A stretch of 63,766 nt of DNA, counting the filler, from Craspedostauros australis (Eukaryota), in the NCBI GenBank assembly GCA_030167865.1. It is 7 parts of 7 records of this genome, joined end to end, with 100 filler letters (N's around TTAATTAATTAA, not from the genome) between each part and the next. Parts side by side here need not be neighbours in the genome. Positions count along the whole stretch, not along the records: positions 1 to 19,821 come from JALAGF010002474.1; 6 more parts are not named here. One strand, written 5' to 3'. The first letter of the stretch is position 1; each line of letters starts with the position of its first letter. The notes beneath the pieces were generated by a model. It worked only from the letters and a program-made list of their open reading frames with translations. It searched no databases and had not been told where the DNA came from. Position numbers and translations under genes: made by a program. Shown here piece after piece: positions 1 to 12,976 of this stretch.

Positions 1-165
1 TAATCACGATTCAATGAAAGTAATCAGGATTCAATGAAAGTAATCACGATTCAATGAAAGTAATCACGATTCAATGAAAGTAATAGCGTTTCAATGAAAG
101 TAATCGCGTTTCAATGAAAGTAATGACGTTTCAATGAAAGTAATGACGTTTCAATGAAAGTAATA
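1..165. repeat. 20-bp minisatellite, 8 units plus a partial unit (TAATnnnnnTTCAATGAAAG); may extend left of the window
   Basis: Units read directly at 1, 21, ... 141. TAAT and TTCAATGAAAG are invariant; positions 5-9 vary (CACGA, CAGGA, AGCGT, CGCGT, GACGT). Confidence 0.95.
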
Positions 166-1110
166 AAATCGACGTTACCGCCTATAACGTCTATTTAACC
201 TTCACAGATTGGAACATCGGAGTTGGTCTTGGCTCGTCGGCGTCGAGGAGTGCCTCGAACACGGGATTGGTGTGGCGAAGGGCGTTTGTCCGTTCTCCGG
301 ACACACTTTCAACGAATTTCCCGTGCCTTGCTGGATGATGGTGCTTGCCATGTGAATCGTTCAAAAACTCAACTGGCGACCGAAGTCGTTTGGTACAGAA
401 ATGCAACGACATTTTAGGTTTCGCCAAGGGTTCCTCTAGTTTCCTTTCGTTAGTACTGGCAGGCAAAACATGTGAAGTTTGGGAGGCCAGAAAGTAAGTC
501 GGTGGACGAGCAAGATGATTGACGATGGGTTGTGCATGAACATCTGCTTGTCTGCAATCTGCGAGCTGCAATCTACTCTATCCTCGTGATACACTTACGG
601 CTCCCACCAGTACCCTGTGCAACATCGCTCACACGACTCCTGTGCATAACTCGTGCGCGTACCTCAAGTCCAGACATGATGAGTCCACCTTTCCGCTTTG
701 TCACCATGTTTTGTGGGACACGTCCTTTTGCACCCCTCCCTTCATCGCGCACTGTCCAAGAAAGAAAAGGTTCGTGCCTTCTGTTGTTCGTGGATCATCC
801 ATGCCGATTCTCAGCACGTGAAATCGCCCATGAGTTCGTTGGAACACTTCTGAGGGAGAGTCGTGGACTGGGTTGGACGCACGTCAACACGAGTCGAAGC
901 CGAACGAATTTCGCCAGAACGGAGCGCACGTTTGTGCCTCACGCAAAGTGTTTCATTGAACAACACCGCGTTGCTACGAGTAATTTGATGGAGAGCGATA
1001 CGGCGACGCCTTCATGCCACACGAGAATGAATGAATGCTCGAGAACCCGCACCACCCACAAACATCACACCACCAAGGGTTTCTCGACTGTCACCCACGA
1101 CACAAACACG

Positions 1111-1300
1111 CAATAACACGCAATAACACACAATAACACACAATAACACACGATAACACGCAATAACACGCAATAACACGCAATAACACGCAATAACACA
1201 CGATAACACACGATAACACACGATAACACACGATAACACACGATAACACACGATAACACACGATAACACACGATAACACACGATAACACACGATAACACA
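1111..1300. repeat. 10-bp minisatellite, 19 units (CRATAACACR)
   Basis: Mostly CAATAACAC(A/G) units at 1111-1200, then ten perfect CGATAACACA units at 1201-1300. Confidence 0.97.
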
Positions 1301-1477
1301 CACGAACAGGAAACATCACAGAACTACGTATTTGCACGACAGAACAAACAAAACGAAGCAAACACAGAAACACGTCCTCACTGTCATAAAATCGAAACCG
1401 CGAGCAACCCACCAACCCGCCAACCCTCACGAAGCATCCCACCAACGCAAAAGACAATCACAACAGCAACAACAATC

Positions 1478-2239
1478 ATGCCGCTCTTCAACTTCAGACG
1501 AAAGCAATCCACAGCAACTCGCAAGGACAAGTCCAGCAAGAGCAAAGGCAAGAAGCAAAACTACCAGGAGAGCCTCGGAGGCGTGTTCACCACCGCGCAG
1601 CACGTGAAGAGCCTCACCAGCATCCACAGCGAAGAGACTGACAATACGCTGCACAGCACCGGCAGCAGCATCGCCAGCACCGAATCCACATGGTCCTCCA
1701 GCGGCAGCCCATCGCATCACCAGGGCGCTCCGCTTGTCGTGCCACGATCACCCAGCGTGTCAGGACGCAGCGGACGTTCCGCGATGGCCATGTCCCGCAC
1801 CACATCCCTGCGCAACATCGATGAACCAGCCACGCTGGGACGCGTCATGGCCAAGGCCCGCACCCTGCCGCACGACTCGGACTACATATCGAGCAACCAC
1901 GTGATGGTCAACGCAGAGCGCATCAACAAGCTGGTGCAACCTCTCGTCCGCATGCCAGCCCTCGATGACATCGCACGCAGTCAGGCCAAGGCCATGGCGG
2001 AGCGCGGCGAGCTGTTCCACTCGGATCCAAAGGGCCTCGTGGATCAGATCCACCGACCATCCAACAGGCTGGGAGAGAACGTCGCACGCGGAGACAACAC
2101 ACGCGTCATGCACACTGCCATGATGAAGAACGTGGCCGACCGCAACAACATGATCGACAGACGTTTCACCAGTTTTGGTGTTGGAACGGCAAAGGCGGCC
2201 GATGGCACCCTCTACCTCTGCCAAGTATACCGAGGTTGA
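1478..2239 (+). CDS. CAP/SCP-domain protein (YkwD-like) with a Ser-rich disordered N-terminus
   Basis: VNAER...L...PALDDIARSQAKAMA...LFHS...GENVARG...RNNMIDRRFTSFGVG...LYLCQVY matches the CAP fold pattern. No signal peptide. Confidence 0.85.
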   Translation: MPLFNFRRKQSTATRKDKSSKSKGKKQNYQESLGGVFTTAQHVKSLTSIHSEETDNTLHSTGSSIASTESTWSSSGSPSHHQGAPLVVPRSPSVSGRSGRSAMAMSRTTSLRNIDEPATLGRVMAKARTLPHDSDYISSNHVMVNAERINKLVQPLVRMPALDDIARSQAKAMAERGELFHSDPKGLVDQIHRPSNRLGENVARGDNTRVMHTAMMKNVADRNNMIDRRFTSFGVGTAKAADGTLYLCQVYRG

Positions 2240-3259
2240 ACCGGCACGGATGCAACGTCCTCATTCATTTGCACTTGTCGGCGACTCCCACTCTTGAAAA
2301 CAACAAGAAAGCCGAAGGCAGTCATCAACTTCCAGACCGCAAGAAACGACCATTCAGCCAAACGAATCTGAAGGTGTCAACAACAAAGCTGATACAGCAT
2401 CAGTGTGCTCAGTGAATGCAACCAACTGCAAAATCATGTCTTACACACACAAAGTAGGCGACCAATAAAACTTAGAGAAGAATCCATGTTACATCCACCA
2501 AACCAAATGAGCCAATCAACAAGTCAATCAATCAATCATAACCCCCCTGTGTCAACTCAATTGCGATCCTGCCGACCCAACAGCAACAACGACAAACAGC
2601 TGGAATGACTCGCGTCACAAGCCAAAGTAACGGTAAACGGGACACCGATGCTCTCACCAACTCCGTGAAAATCGTCGTGTTCCACGTCATTCGATGGAAA
2701 AGTGAGCGAGATGCGCCGAATTTGAATCTTGTGAAGCCAGCAATCCGATCTCCAATACGCATAGACGGACGGACATGTCCCACATGGCAAGTCGTGCATC
2801 ATGTGCCGACCAGCCAAGAAACAAGAAGCCCGAACGTTCCGATCCGCGTACAACGGGCTTCTGGTTGAGACAGAGAGGGTGCATGTGTCTCACTCCGACT
2901 TCGTGGGTGATTCAGATCCGCCACAACAGAGAGCACCTCTCCATCACCGAACGAGCATTCGGCAAAGTGGGCGGAGTGTTTGGACTTGGCGCCATACAAT
3001 TGTGTTCTCCGAATCTTTCTTTCGCCAAAAGAGAGAGTGAGAGAGAGACAAAGCAAGAAGGAAAGAAACAAAGACGGCGAGAGAGGCATCCATTTGAATT
3101 GGACGAGGAGGTATCGCAACGAATTCGATCGTGCAAGAAACAATGCCACACTGTACTAATACTCCAGAAAGATAGAGAATTGGGAGAGAACAACTCCGGG
3201 ATCCAAGAGGCACCATACGTGCCACACGCGCCATACGTGCCATACGAACTCAGAGAATA

Positions 3260-5259
3260 ATGAGATCGACATCTGCCACAGTCGAAGAGATCTCCGCCAT
3301 CGACCGGGTCCATCCGTACGGGGCCTTGCCGGGCGGCAATCGATTCTTCGCGGAGGTTGATGATGACAGCAACAGCAGCAGTCACGACAACAGCGACAGC
3401 AACAGCCACAGCGACACACAACAGAACAAAGATGGCCAGAAGCTTTGCAAGGCCGACACCATCTTTGCGGATGATGTGTGGCAGCAGATCCTTTCCTTCT
3501 GCGACGGCGCGACGCTCAGCAATGCCGTGCAAACGTCGCGGTACCTGTACGTGGCTGGGCATCAGCTGGAGCTGTGGAGAGATCTGGTGCTGCGATACTG
3601 CGACAAGCATCAGCTGTCCATCACGCACATGCAATCCTCATGGAAGGATACCTACATCGTCATGATGAAGGCGGCGAAAGCGAATGTCAAGGATGCAGGC
3701 AAGACACTGCCGTCGGCGTCAAGCAAGGACACCAACCATAAACCCATCATGGTGCCGGGCGTGTATTCCGATACGCTGTATCGGTCGCATGTCTGTCGGG
3801 CGTTTGCAATCCCTCCATCCTGGCAGCAAATATCGTCCTCATCGTCTCCACGCGATACAAAGAATCGCAACCCGCTGGAGGTCCCAAGAGTCGACGCCAA
3901 GGATATGACCACTTCCAGATTTGCGACCGAGTACGAATCACCGAATCTCCCAGTCATCATCGAGAATGCCATCTCCAAGGAGCGGTGCCTTGACAAATGG
4001 AAGGACGTCAAGTACTTGCAGAATCATGTCCTGTCATCTTCCGAAACCACCACGTTCCGCACCACGAGCGGCGCCGCCCCTTTGCCTGCCAATTTCACAT
4101 TCCCAGCCTACCATCAGTACTGCACGCAGTTCGATTACCTGGAGGAATCTCCGCTGTACCTCTTCGACCGCACCGCGTTGACCACGAACAAATGCCAGAA
4201 TGAATGCCACGACTTTTACGACACCTTCTACGAACGGTGTCCCTACTGGAATCCCGCCCAAATCGATCACGATCTCTTCCAACATCTCGGCTCGGCCCAA
4301 CGTCCCGACCACACCTGGCTCATTTGCGGCGCCAAACGCAGCGGGTCGGTGTTCCACATCGATCCCAACTGCACGCACGCATGGAACGCCTGCATCGTCG
4401 GACGCAAGCGATGGATCCTGTATCCGCCCGGTATCACGCCGCCGGGCGTGTATCCATCGCAGGATGGCGACGAAGTGGCGCTGCCGATGTCGGTCGGGGA
4501 ATGGCTGACGCTGTACTGGAAGGAGCATCTGAAACGGTGTCGCGAGGCGCCCAAGGCCGAACGTCCCATCGAATGCACAGTCGGACCAGGCGATGTCATG
4601 TTCGTGCCGCATGGATGGTACGTATGATCCTGTCATTCTTTCACATGTTGTGCGCTGGAGTGTATTGCACTGTACTGGATGGTGAAAGTTGTCTTGGCAC
4701 TTGACAGTGCGTCCATTGTTGTTGTTGTTGTTGTTGTTGTTGCATCGTTCTATGGTGTGCCAAGACAAGTTCGTGCATGGTGCGACGCTCCTCACAACAT
4801 GCACACTCCATGCCCTCACTCCACTGCAATATCATCACCACACAATAACACCGCACTCCACACCATTCTCCGTCTATCCGCAGGTGGCACATGGTCGTCA
4901 ACTTGGAGGACGATTTGAACATCGCCATCACCCACAACTACGTCAGCACCAGCAACTTGGGCAACGTCCTGCAATTCCTCAAGACCAAGCAGGATCAGAT
5001 CAGCGGCTGCCGGGATCGTGAGGAGAGCATCAAGCCGGAACATCTGCACGAGCAGTTCGTGGAGTGTTTGCAACGCAAGTACAGCGAGAACAAGCTGAAG
5101 CGGGCCCTGCAGCAAGATGGCTGGACGTGCGATGCATGGCACGTGGAATCGAAGAAGAAGGCGCGGACGGATGGGAAGGAACAGCAACCGACATCACCAA
5201 AGACGTCGATGGCGGCGCAGTTTCAAGCGAACAGTTCGTTTTCATTCTCGTTCCTTTGA
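3260..5259 (+). CDS. F-box + JmjC (JMJD6-like / plant JMJ22-like) 2OG-Fe(II) oxygenase; exons 3260-4617 and 4884-5259
   Basis: F-box-like DDVWQQILSFCD; JmjC motifs PLYLFD, GSVFHIDPNCTHAWNA, GRKRWILYPP. The intron 4618-4883 (GTACGT...CAG) restores FVPHGWWHMVVNL and so the third Fe ligand. C-terminus FSFSFL. Confidence 0.9.
4716..4742. repeat. (TTG)9 microsatellite in the JmjC intron
   Basis: Read directly. Confidence 0.9.
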
Positions 5260-5529
5260 ACTTCATTTGGATGAGAGCTAGAGTGGAGTACTTGACTCCA
5301 CACAATTGTACCATTAGACATAAATTGAGCAAAGCATACTGTACCAGTGTTCGATCACTGGATTGCCTCTATTGCTTCGCACACCGATGTGTACGTCCAC
5401 GCTGTGTTTGGCGCACAGAACAATACTACTATTGTGCTTGTGTTGTATTCTATGGTGCATGTACCACTATCCACAATGGCCCATGCTTGAACGACATTCG
5501 AAACTGCACCTGCATGTTAGTGAATCCGC

Positions 5530-7176
5530 TCACACGCAATGTACCGTGGGATCATGATGGGACTGCGAAGAGGAGGAGGACGACGTGGATGATCTGGTCT
5601 CATCGATCGTCGTCATCTCCATCTTGCCGGACGCCTTGCTGTTCGGCGACTGCGGACCATCCAACTCCCCGATCCGCTGAATGGGCTGCTGCGCCGTGAC
5701 GTGATTGTAGATGGGACGCGCCGACACGCGTATCGTGAGAAGGCAAATCCCGATCCACGCGATCCTGCGCTGGGCTGCGGGATTGCGGACGCACCAAATG
5801 AGCACGCTCCAAAAGAGGAGGCAACCGACGACGATAGCGATACCGCGGTCCGTGTCATCGCAGGATGTCATGCAGCACATCCACGCTTGCGTTTGCCATG
5901 TGTCGTCGGATTCCTCGAGCAGGCGCTGGGCACGTCGTTGACGGGCCTCCTGGCGCATGGATTGGAAGGTGAACCAGATGGAGGAGAGGATCGATTGGTG
6001 GTAGCGGAAGGTGAGGCATGTGGCGGGCGTGGGAGTTTGGAACATGGTCGTGCCCGTGCTGTTGTTGCCGACGCTGGCGCTGCCCTCGTTGGATTCGTAG
6101 GATTGCGTGAACTCTATCTTGTAGTGCGATTGTCGAGATCCAAGGCCCTGCGCGTGGTTGCCTCCCACGTGCATGGCATCGTCGTTGTCATCATCCTCTA
6201 TGTCGAATGACAAGCCCCTGACGTTGATCGTTCTGAATGTGGAATTGTCCATGGACGGGGGTTCGGTGCGAATGATGTCGTCCGATGGCACGGGTTCTAT
6301 TGCCGTGGTGTTGGAGGTACCTGGTCCTGGTGTTGCAGTAGTTGCTGCGTGGGTCGAATCTGATGGCGATTCCTGCGAATCTGATTGCGCATGGTTGTTG
6401 GCGAGGCCGCGAAACGGAAGCACCATCTTGTTCCCAACCTCCGCAAGGCGATCAGCGCGGAATCTACCCCCATCATGAGGACCCTGCTGCTGCTGCACGG
6501 ACGAAGGCTGGGATGATGATGATGACGATGATGCCACGCTGTGATACGATGTGCGAGATCCGCGTCTCTTGTACTTGGCATGCTGCTGCTCCTTGTCTTC
6601 GCTTGATTTGGTGTTGCCGTCGGCTTGATCTGAGCCATCCGCATGCTGTTCTGAGTTGTCTGTGCTCCTTGGAGACGTGGCCACTCTGTTGTCGTCGGCA
6701 TCCCCTTCATCGCCATTCTCCATGACGCGTCTGTAGCGCTTCTTTGCGAAGTTCATGGCAACCTGCGCCACGGAGAACGCGCGCTTCGTTACTGCCACTG
6801 CCGTGGTGGCTGTCGCCGTTGCCGCTGCGGCTGCCATCGCTTTGGTCGTCGTTGCTGCAGTTGCTGTTGCTGAAGCCGTTGGATCAGTTGAGGCACCTGG
6901 TGTGGTTGTCGTAGCTGCCGTGGCTGATGGCATGGTGGGAATCGAATCGGCGTCTGGCTCCATCTCTGTCTGAATCTCCAGCCTCGGCTTCATCTCCACC
7001 TCTGCCTGCGTCTCCATCCTGTCTTCTGTTGGTGTTGCTTCTGCTGTGCGACTATGTGAACTCGTACTAATAGTCGTATGATCGTGGTTGGTTGTGTTTG
7101 TAGCTGTAGTTGTTGTCGTTGTAGTCGTTTGAGTAGTCGTTGTCGTATCCATCCTTCGCGACTCGTCAGCTTCCAT
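5530..7176 (-). CDS. Hypothetical protein with a long low-complexity N-terminus and two C-terminal TM helices
   Basis: Long open frame; first ATG (MEADES) at 7176; hydrophobic segments GIAIVVGCLLFWSVLIWCV and IAWIGICLLTIRV. Confidence 0.65.
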   Translation of the reverse strand: MEADESRRMDTTTTTQTTTTTTTTATNTTNHDHTTISTSSHSRTAEATPTEDRMETQAEVEMKPRLEIQTEMEPDADSIPTMPSATAATTTTPGASTDPTASATATAATTTKAMAAAAATATATTAVAVTKRAFSVAQVAMNFAKKRYRRVMENGDEGDADDNRVATSPRSTDNSEQHADGSDQADGNTKSSEDKEQQHAKYKRRGSRTSYHSVASSSSSSSQPSSVQQQQGPHDGGRFRADRLAEVGNKMVLPFRGLANNHAQSDSQESPSDSTHAATTATPGPGTSNTTAIEPVPSDDIIRTEPPSMDNSTFRTINVRGLSFDIEDDDNDDAMHVGGNHAQGLGSRQSHYKIEFTQSYESNEGSASVGNNSTGTTMFQTPTPATCLTFRYHQSILSSIWFTFQSMRQEARQRRAQRLLEESDDTWQTQAWMCCMTSCDDTDRGIAIVVGCLLFWSVLIWCVRNPAAQRRIAWIGICLLTIRVSARPIYNHVTAQQPIQRIGELDGPQSPNSKASGKMEMTTIDETRSSTSSSSSSQSHHDPTVHCV

Positions 7177-8947
7177 TGCTGATGGCACTTCACAAGTTTC
7201 GCAGTTGGAGTTTCGCACTCAGCAGGTCTCTGTTCCAGTGACAGTTGCTTTGCTTTGTGTTTGTCTTCCTTTGCTTTGTGTTGGCTTCGTGTTGCGTCGT
7301 GGCTTTGGGAGCTATCGTCTCCTCTGAGATCGCTTTCGTGGAAATCGGCGAAGCAGTGCTGTCCGTACCTTCTTGTGTCGGAGTGCTCTCGCAACGCTTG
7401 CTTTGTCTTCGCTTGTTAGATTGTTTGGTTGTCTGATTGTCTGATTGACTGAATGTAGATGGAGAGGGAGAGATCGATCACTGGATGTGTGCGCTCAATG
7501 AATATAATTACAACTCTCCACACCCACAGAGTTTGCGTGGAAGTGAAGTTGATTGGATCGGTCCTGTGATTGGTCTTGATCGGTTGTCCGCTCTTGCTTT
7601 CACCTCTTCGATGCTTTTTCGTCCGTGAGAGTGAGTGTTTGCTTCTCCTTTGTCTTCCCTCGTTTCCTCTTCCCTTGCCTCTCTTTGCCTTTCTCTTGTG
7701 CGTGGTTTCTTTTAGCCTGCACGCGGTTGTGCCGTATTGTTTGGTGTTGTTGTCCCGCCACGTTCCCTCTTGTGCTTGTCGTGTTTGTACGTATCGTGTT
7801 CGTCCATCCGTGATGGCCGAACGCGAGCCACGAACACAGAAGCGCGGCAAACAAGCGCGTCCGTCACCGAGTTCATCATGTGATTGCACTTGTTCTTCGT
7901 CGCAGTCTCGTCCATCGCTCATTGTGCTACATGTCACGTAGTCGTTATGGAACGTTAAAAACGAATCACGTGGTGTCGACGAAATTCAAACACGAATCAG
8001 ATGTGTTTTTGCAAAATCGCGTGACGTTTGACACCAACATCGTCGTGACACACAAGACTTGATGGGTTTGGTTGCTGTTGCTATCATCACTGTCGTCGCC
8101 AATACAGACACCAAAATCTTCGTGTTGCAGAGAACGAGTCTGTAACATCAGCATCAAACGATGTTGGCAAAGTATGGGAGTGGTTGAGGTAACGTAGCAA
8201 ATGCAAATTGGGGTTGACGGATGGATGGTGGTTCTTGTGACTGTTCAGTGCCGTTTTCCTTGGCGAAACTTTATCTCCATCCGACATCGTGCGGATGCAC
8301 GTGTTGGCAGTGGTACTGTACTCTTACATACGACCGGTGGTGCTTGCGCAGCACTGTTCCTGATGCTCCAGAGTTTTAGGAAGCGGGGAGGGGCAACTCC
8401 GTGAGGTTTTACTCGCACCTTCATTGCATCCTGTAAAGATACCTCACATCCACCATGTTCAGCCTCGACCTCGACCGATCGATCGATTGGTCGATGGGAG
8501 AGGCTTGGAGCCTGACGTTCTCGCCATGGAGATTGCTAATAACTCGCGCAGTTGGCAAACGGAGGCTAACGATCAATCGCCAACAGCCAACGGAAGGAAT
8601 GGCGGCATCCCTCTTGCTTGCTCCGTTTTGTCTCGTTGCTCTTAGCGGAGTGGGAATTCCTCCGGCCACATTTTCTGTACCATCGTTTTACAGCTCCATC
8701 ACATCCCACCAGGCCAACAGATTCATCAACCGAACAAGAAAGCTTCATTGATAGAGCAGAGTTCTAATAGTATCGTAGTATAGTCGTACGCTCGAGTAAT
8801 CCTTGTGCTGGCGTTGCCGCAATAGGAGGCCAAGAATACTCTGCTATAGTCTGCTGTACTCTGCGGGCTGATTGTCATCACCCCATTCTCTGCAAACATT
8901 CAACCAAGTTAGCAGGTCTTCAAATGTAGCCATTGAGCGTATCCATA

Positions 8948-9003
8948 GAGTACTATGATTACTATGAGTACTATGAGTACTATGAGTACTAGAAGTACCA
9001 TGA
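8948..9003. repeat. 9-bp tandem repeat (GAGTACTAT), about 6 units
   Basis: GAGTACTAT GATTACTAT GAGTACTAT GAGTACTAT GAGTACTAG AAGTACCAT. Confidence 0.85.
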
Positions 9004-10648
9004 TAACAACGAGTATATAGTAGTAGAGAGCAATCATCATGAGGTCTCCCACTCTTTTTCCTCCTCGTCCACACGTTTGTCCATCATGGGATTTGAATGA
9101 TCGTCTTGTGGCTGTGTTCCTTCGATACAAAGAGTGTGCTCCATCACAAAGCCTAGCCACAACAGCATGTCGCCATTCATCCTTCTCTCTTCTGTGCCTG
9201 CAACGCACAACTGCCCTTTCGTCGAACGTTGCCAAAAGATTACCATGTGGAATCTTCACAACAGCATAGCCGTGGCATACAGCAGGTCGGAGTGGAGCGG
9301 AGCGGAGCAGGGCCGCCATGGGCGGTCTTTGAGCGATTACTGCGACAGCGCGGGAGAGTCAGTAAACACAATCCATGCTGGTCTCATCTCATCTCATCTC
9401 ATCTCGTCCCATTCCTGATCCTTGGTCCATTTTGGTGCCAAGGAAGAACAAGGAGCAACGGCAACAAGGGGCAAACGTAAACTCCGGGACATGCGCACGC
9501 CTCTCCCCCTCTCCTCTTTGTCCTCGCTCCAAAGGCACGTTGGGAATTCCCACCCACCTCCTTCTGCTTTGACACCACGACCACATCGGCCGAACTCGTT
9601 CCGACACCCAAAAATGGTCACCACCTGGCTCGGTGTTTTTGGCACTCCCGAGTCCCATCAACGGCTATGCAAAATATTTGATCGACTAAATTACTTGGAC
9701 GCGAAAAACGGCTACCGATCCCCACCGAGCCTAAGTAAACCAAGTCCTGCTCACATTTTTGGGCCGACAATTCGGCGACCGCATCATTAACGGGTCAGAA
9801 TGTGGCATAAATTTTCGGCGTGCTGCACGCAAGACAGAAGAGGAACATGCACAGGCACACACCGGATACTTTTCCTTCTCATGTGCGGACGTCGTTCTTG
9901 TCGTTGTTATCGTTGCGGTGGTTGTCTCACCCACCCAGTTTGTTCGTTCGTTCGCTCGCTCGTTCTTTCCTTCTTCGTTGGTGGATTTGCTTTTTTCTTT
10001 CGTCCATCGTGATCGTCTCGTGTTACCCATCGCCGCGATTGTCCGTTCTTTCTGGCTTGTTCTCTCTGTCCTTTCTTCTTTCCTCTTTAGTTTTTGGTCA
10101 GCTGTGTGGATGCATGGCCATGGCATGTGGCGGATTGTGGTGCCCTCGTTCTCTCTTGTGATTGCGCTATGCACCACCGCCACTATTTGCAGGGTGCAGG
10201 AGATCTCTCATCATTGAGTATGGCAGGGTGGAGTGGAGGAGTGAAGTGGAACTGCGATACAAGAACCATTTTCTTACAATCACCACCACCATTATCATAT
10301 GTAATCGTTGCCGTTATCGTTACATACGCAAGAGTTACGGTGGTGCGCTCCCACCATCATCACTCCGACGACCGTCTTATCATCACAATTCTATCCGTTT
10401 GTTGCTTCAATCATTCCAACAATCGCAAAAGTGCCAGACTCCACGCATCGGACGCTGAGGTGCAACAACTGGGAAACAACATTCACACAATCACATCACC
10501 ATCGACATCACCCGTAACATCGTCAACATCGTCAACATCGTTAACATCATCCACACATCACCATCACGGATAGAGTATAGCACATACAAGTACGACGCAA
10601 GCAACCCACCTCTCCACCAAACGCCATCAATTGCCATCAATTGCCAAC

Positions 10649-12754
10649 ATGCCGTCGTTAGTTGACAACATCAAGGAGACGACGCCCACAGGCGCATCGC
10701 AACTGGCTGCCACAAAGGCCGCTTCTGACACAGAACGACCACAGAAGAGAGCCAAGACGGATCGTGATGCAGTGGCCGCCATGATGGCCGATCCATTGAG
10801 CGCACTGGCCAGTGCCGCCATTGCCGCCGAGGCCTCCGAGAATTCAACCAGCGATGCCTCCAAGGACGATGAGAGGCTCACGAGACCCACCAAGCCATCA
10901 TCCACCAAGGCACCAGCCAAGCGAAAAGCCAAAGCTGGCGAAACGCAAGTTCCTGCCGATGATGGCGACAAGGAACGCAAGCCAGAATACTTGGCAGCAA
11001 CTGTCGCTGCAGGAGGAAAGCCGCCTGCGGTCGGCACGCCCGAAACAGCTTTCACCAAGGCCGTCCCCTCCTCCATCTCCTACAGACGGCCGACGTCGCC
11101 TCCTGCTCCCAAGAGGACCATCTACTCACCAGGCTACCACCACCCATCCCCAAGCTACAGACCTCCTGCCGCGGCCGGTGCTGGGCCACCGTATCACTAC
11201 TACTCCGACCACCCACCTCCCAGAAGCCCGTACTCCTGGAGAACCTACCCACCGCATGACTACGGCCACTACCCTCCGATGTACTGGAAGCAGCCAGCGT
11301 CCACCAGTGCGAGAGGAGGTCCGCAGTACCACAGCGCCACGCAGTACCCACCCCCCGAGGCGCCTTCACCCTACAGATCGTACGCGCCGCATCCGCATGC
11401 CCAGCACATGCCACCACCGCACTTCGCGCAAATGCACGAGGCGACCCCGCCAAGGTCCGAAACCTCCGACTCCCCCACAACGCCCATCGAAGACATCAAG
11501 AGCGACCATGCCAAGGAATCCACACCGCGCCTCGTCGCGGTCTCGCCGGAAGGCCGAACCGCAAGCCCCAAGAAGCGCTTGGCCTGCAACATGTCCAACA
11601 GCAGCACGGAAACGCCGGAGTTGGCCGATCACGACAACGCCGTGGGCTCCAGCAAGGCGACGGCCAAAAGCACCGCAAGCAAGGCCAGTCCCAGCAACGG
11701 CAGGACGACGGGCAAGCGACGTGCCTCGATGGGGAAATGGACCGAAGAGGAGGACGACGTTCTCAGGAAGGCGGTGGCCGACTTCAAGGGAAGGAGCTGG
11801 AAGAAGATCGCCGCAAGGTTAAATGGACGCACGGACGTCCAGTGCCTGCATCGATGGCAGAAGGTCCTGCGACCGGGTCTCGTCAAGGGCCCGTGGACGT
11901 CAGAGGAGGATGCCAAGGTCAAGCACCTCGTCGAGGTCTACGGCAACAAGAAATGGAGCCTCATCGCGCGCCAGCTCAAGGGACGCCTCGGCAAGCAGTG
12001 TCGCGAACGATGGTACAACCACCTCAACCCCGACATCAACAAGGGCGAATGGACGGAGCAGGAGGACATCACCTTGATGAGCGCGCACAAGGAGCTCGGC
12101 AATCGATGGGCGGAGATCGCCAAGCGGTTACCCGGCCGCACCGACAACGCCATCAAGAACAGATGGAACTCCACGCTGAAGCGCGTTCTCATCAAGGGCT
12201 TCGATGCCGTCAAGAGACGCAGGACGACCGCGCGCACGCCATCGACCGGCTCGCCGGCGTCCACATCGTCCACATCGTCGCCTGCATCCACCCCAAACCG
12301 CAAGTTCAAGTTACATTCGCGCAGCATGTCGATGGCGGCCGAAGCTCTCAGCGATCTCGCCAGTCCGCACCGCCGTCCGACCAAGAGCGACGGTGGTCAA
12401 GAGAAGCGAAGTAAGTAAGTTTTCACCATCGCATACTGCATGTACATGATGTCAAAGTATCTGTCGTACTTCTGGCGTCTTCACAACAGTGCCATCCACG
12501 TCATCGACAATCCATCAACGCGCCAACTCATCATCTCAATGCAACCAACTCCAACTCTACTCACTCTCCACCCACAAACAGATCGAAGTGAGAACGTCAC
12601 TGCTCACGGTGTTCACACCACAACAGCACAGCATCCACAGCACATACAGCCACCCATCAATCTGATTCTACAACGATGCATCGCATCTCCAAAGCGCACC
12701 AATGATACCGCCAATCATTTGCTCAATCTTTCGTCACAGATTTCATTCATCTAA
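10649..12754 (+). CDS. R1R2R3 (3R) MYB transcription factor; exons 10649-12410 and probably 12582-12754
   Basis: Three MYB repeats: KWTEEED...[24 protein letters not shown]...[17 protein letters not shown]...[13 protein letters not shown] phase-1 donor GTAAGT at 12411 and the CAG acceptor ending at 12581 join in frame to a short last exon (the second exon is inferred). Confidence 0.9.
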
Positions 12755-12976
12755 AATTCATAATGCTTCCACATCACATACGTACTCTATACTCGTACGT
12801 ATCATCCGTACTAAAATGAATACTCTACACTCTAGTACTGTAATACTTTGCATGTCACAACAATACACGATACACCATCTACATCCGCCCATTTGCTATT
12901 ATTATATTTGCAATGACCAGAACAGCACTCCGCGGGACGACATCGTGCCTTATCAGTGTCGCCGTTGATGTCTCGA

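Noticed and set aside
1..165. CRISPR-like appearance (units end in ATGAAAG)
   Set aside because: Units are directly adjacent with only about 5 variable nt, so there are no spacers; no cas genes; eukaryotic context.
1012..1457. Cys/Val-rich repetitive ORFs (VIVCYRVLSC)n
   Set aside because: These are translations of the 10-bp minisatellite in all three minus frames.
9590..9775. MITE suggested by inverted CCCAAAAATG / CATTTTTGGG
   Set aside because: Only a 10-bp match with poor extension, no TSD and no second copy in the window.
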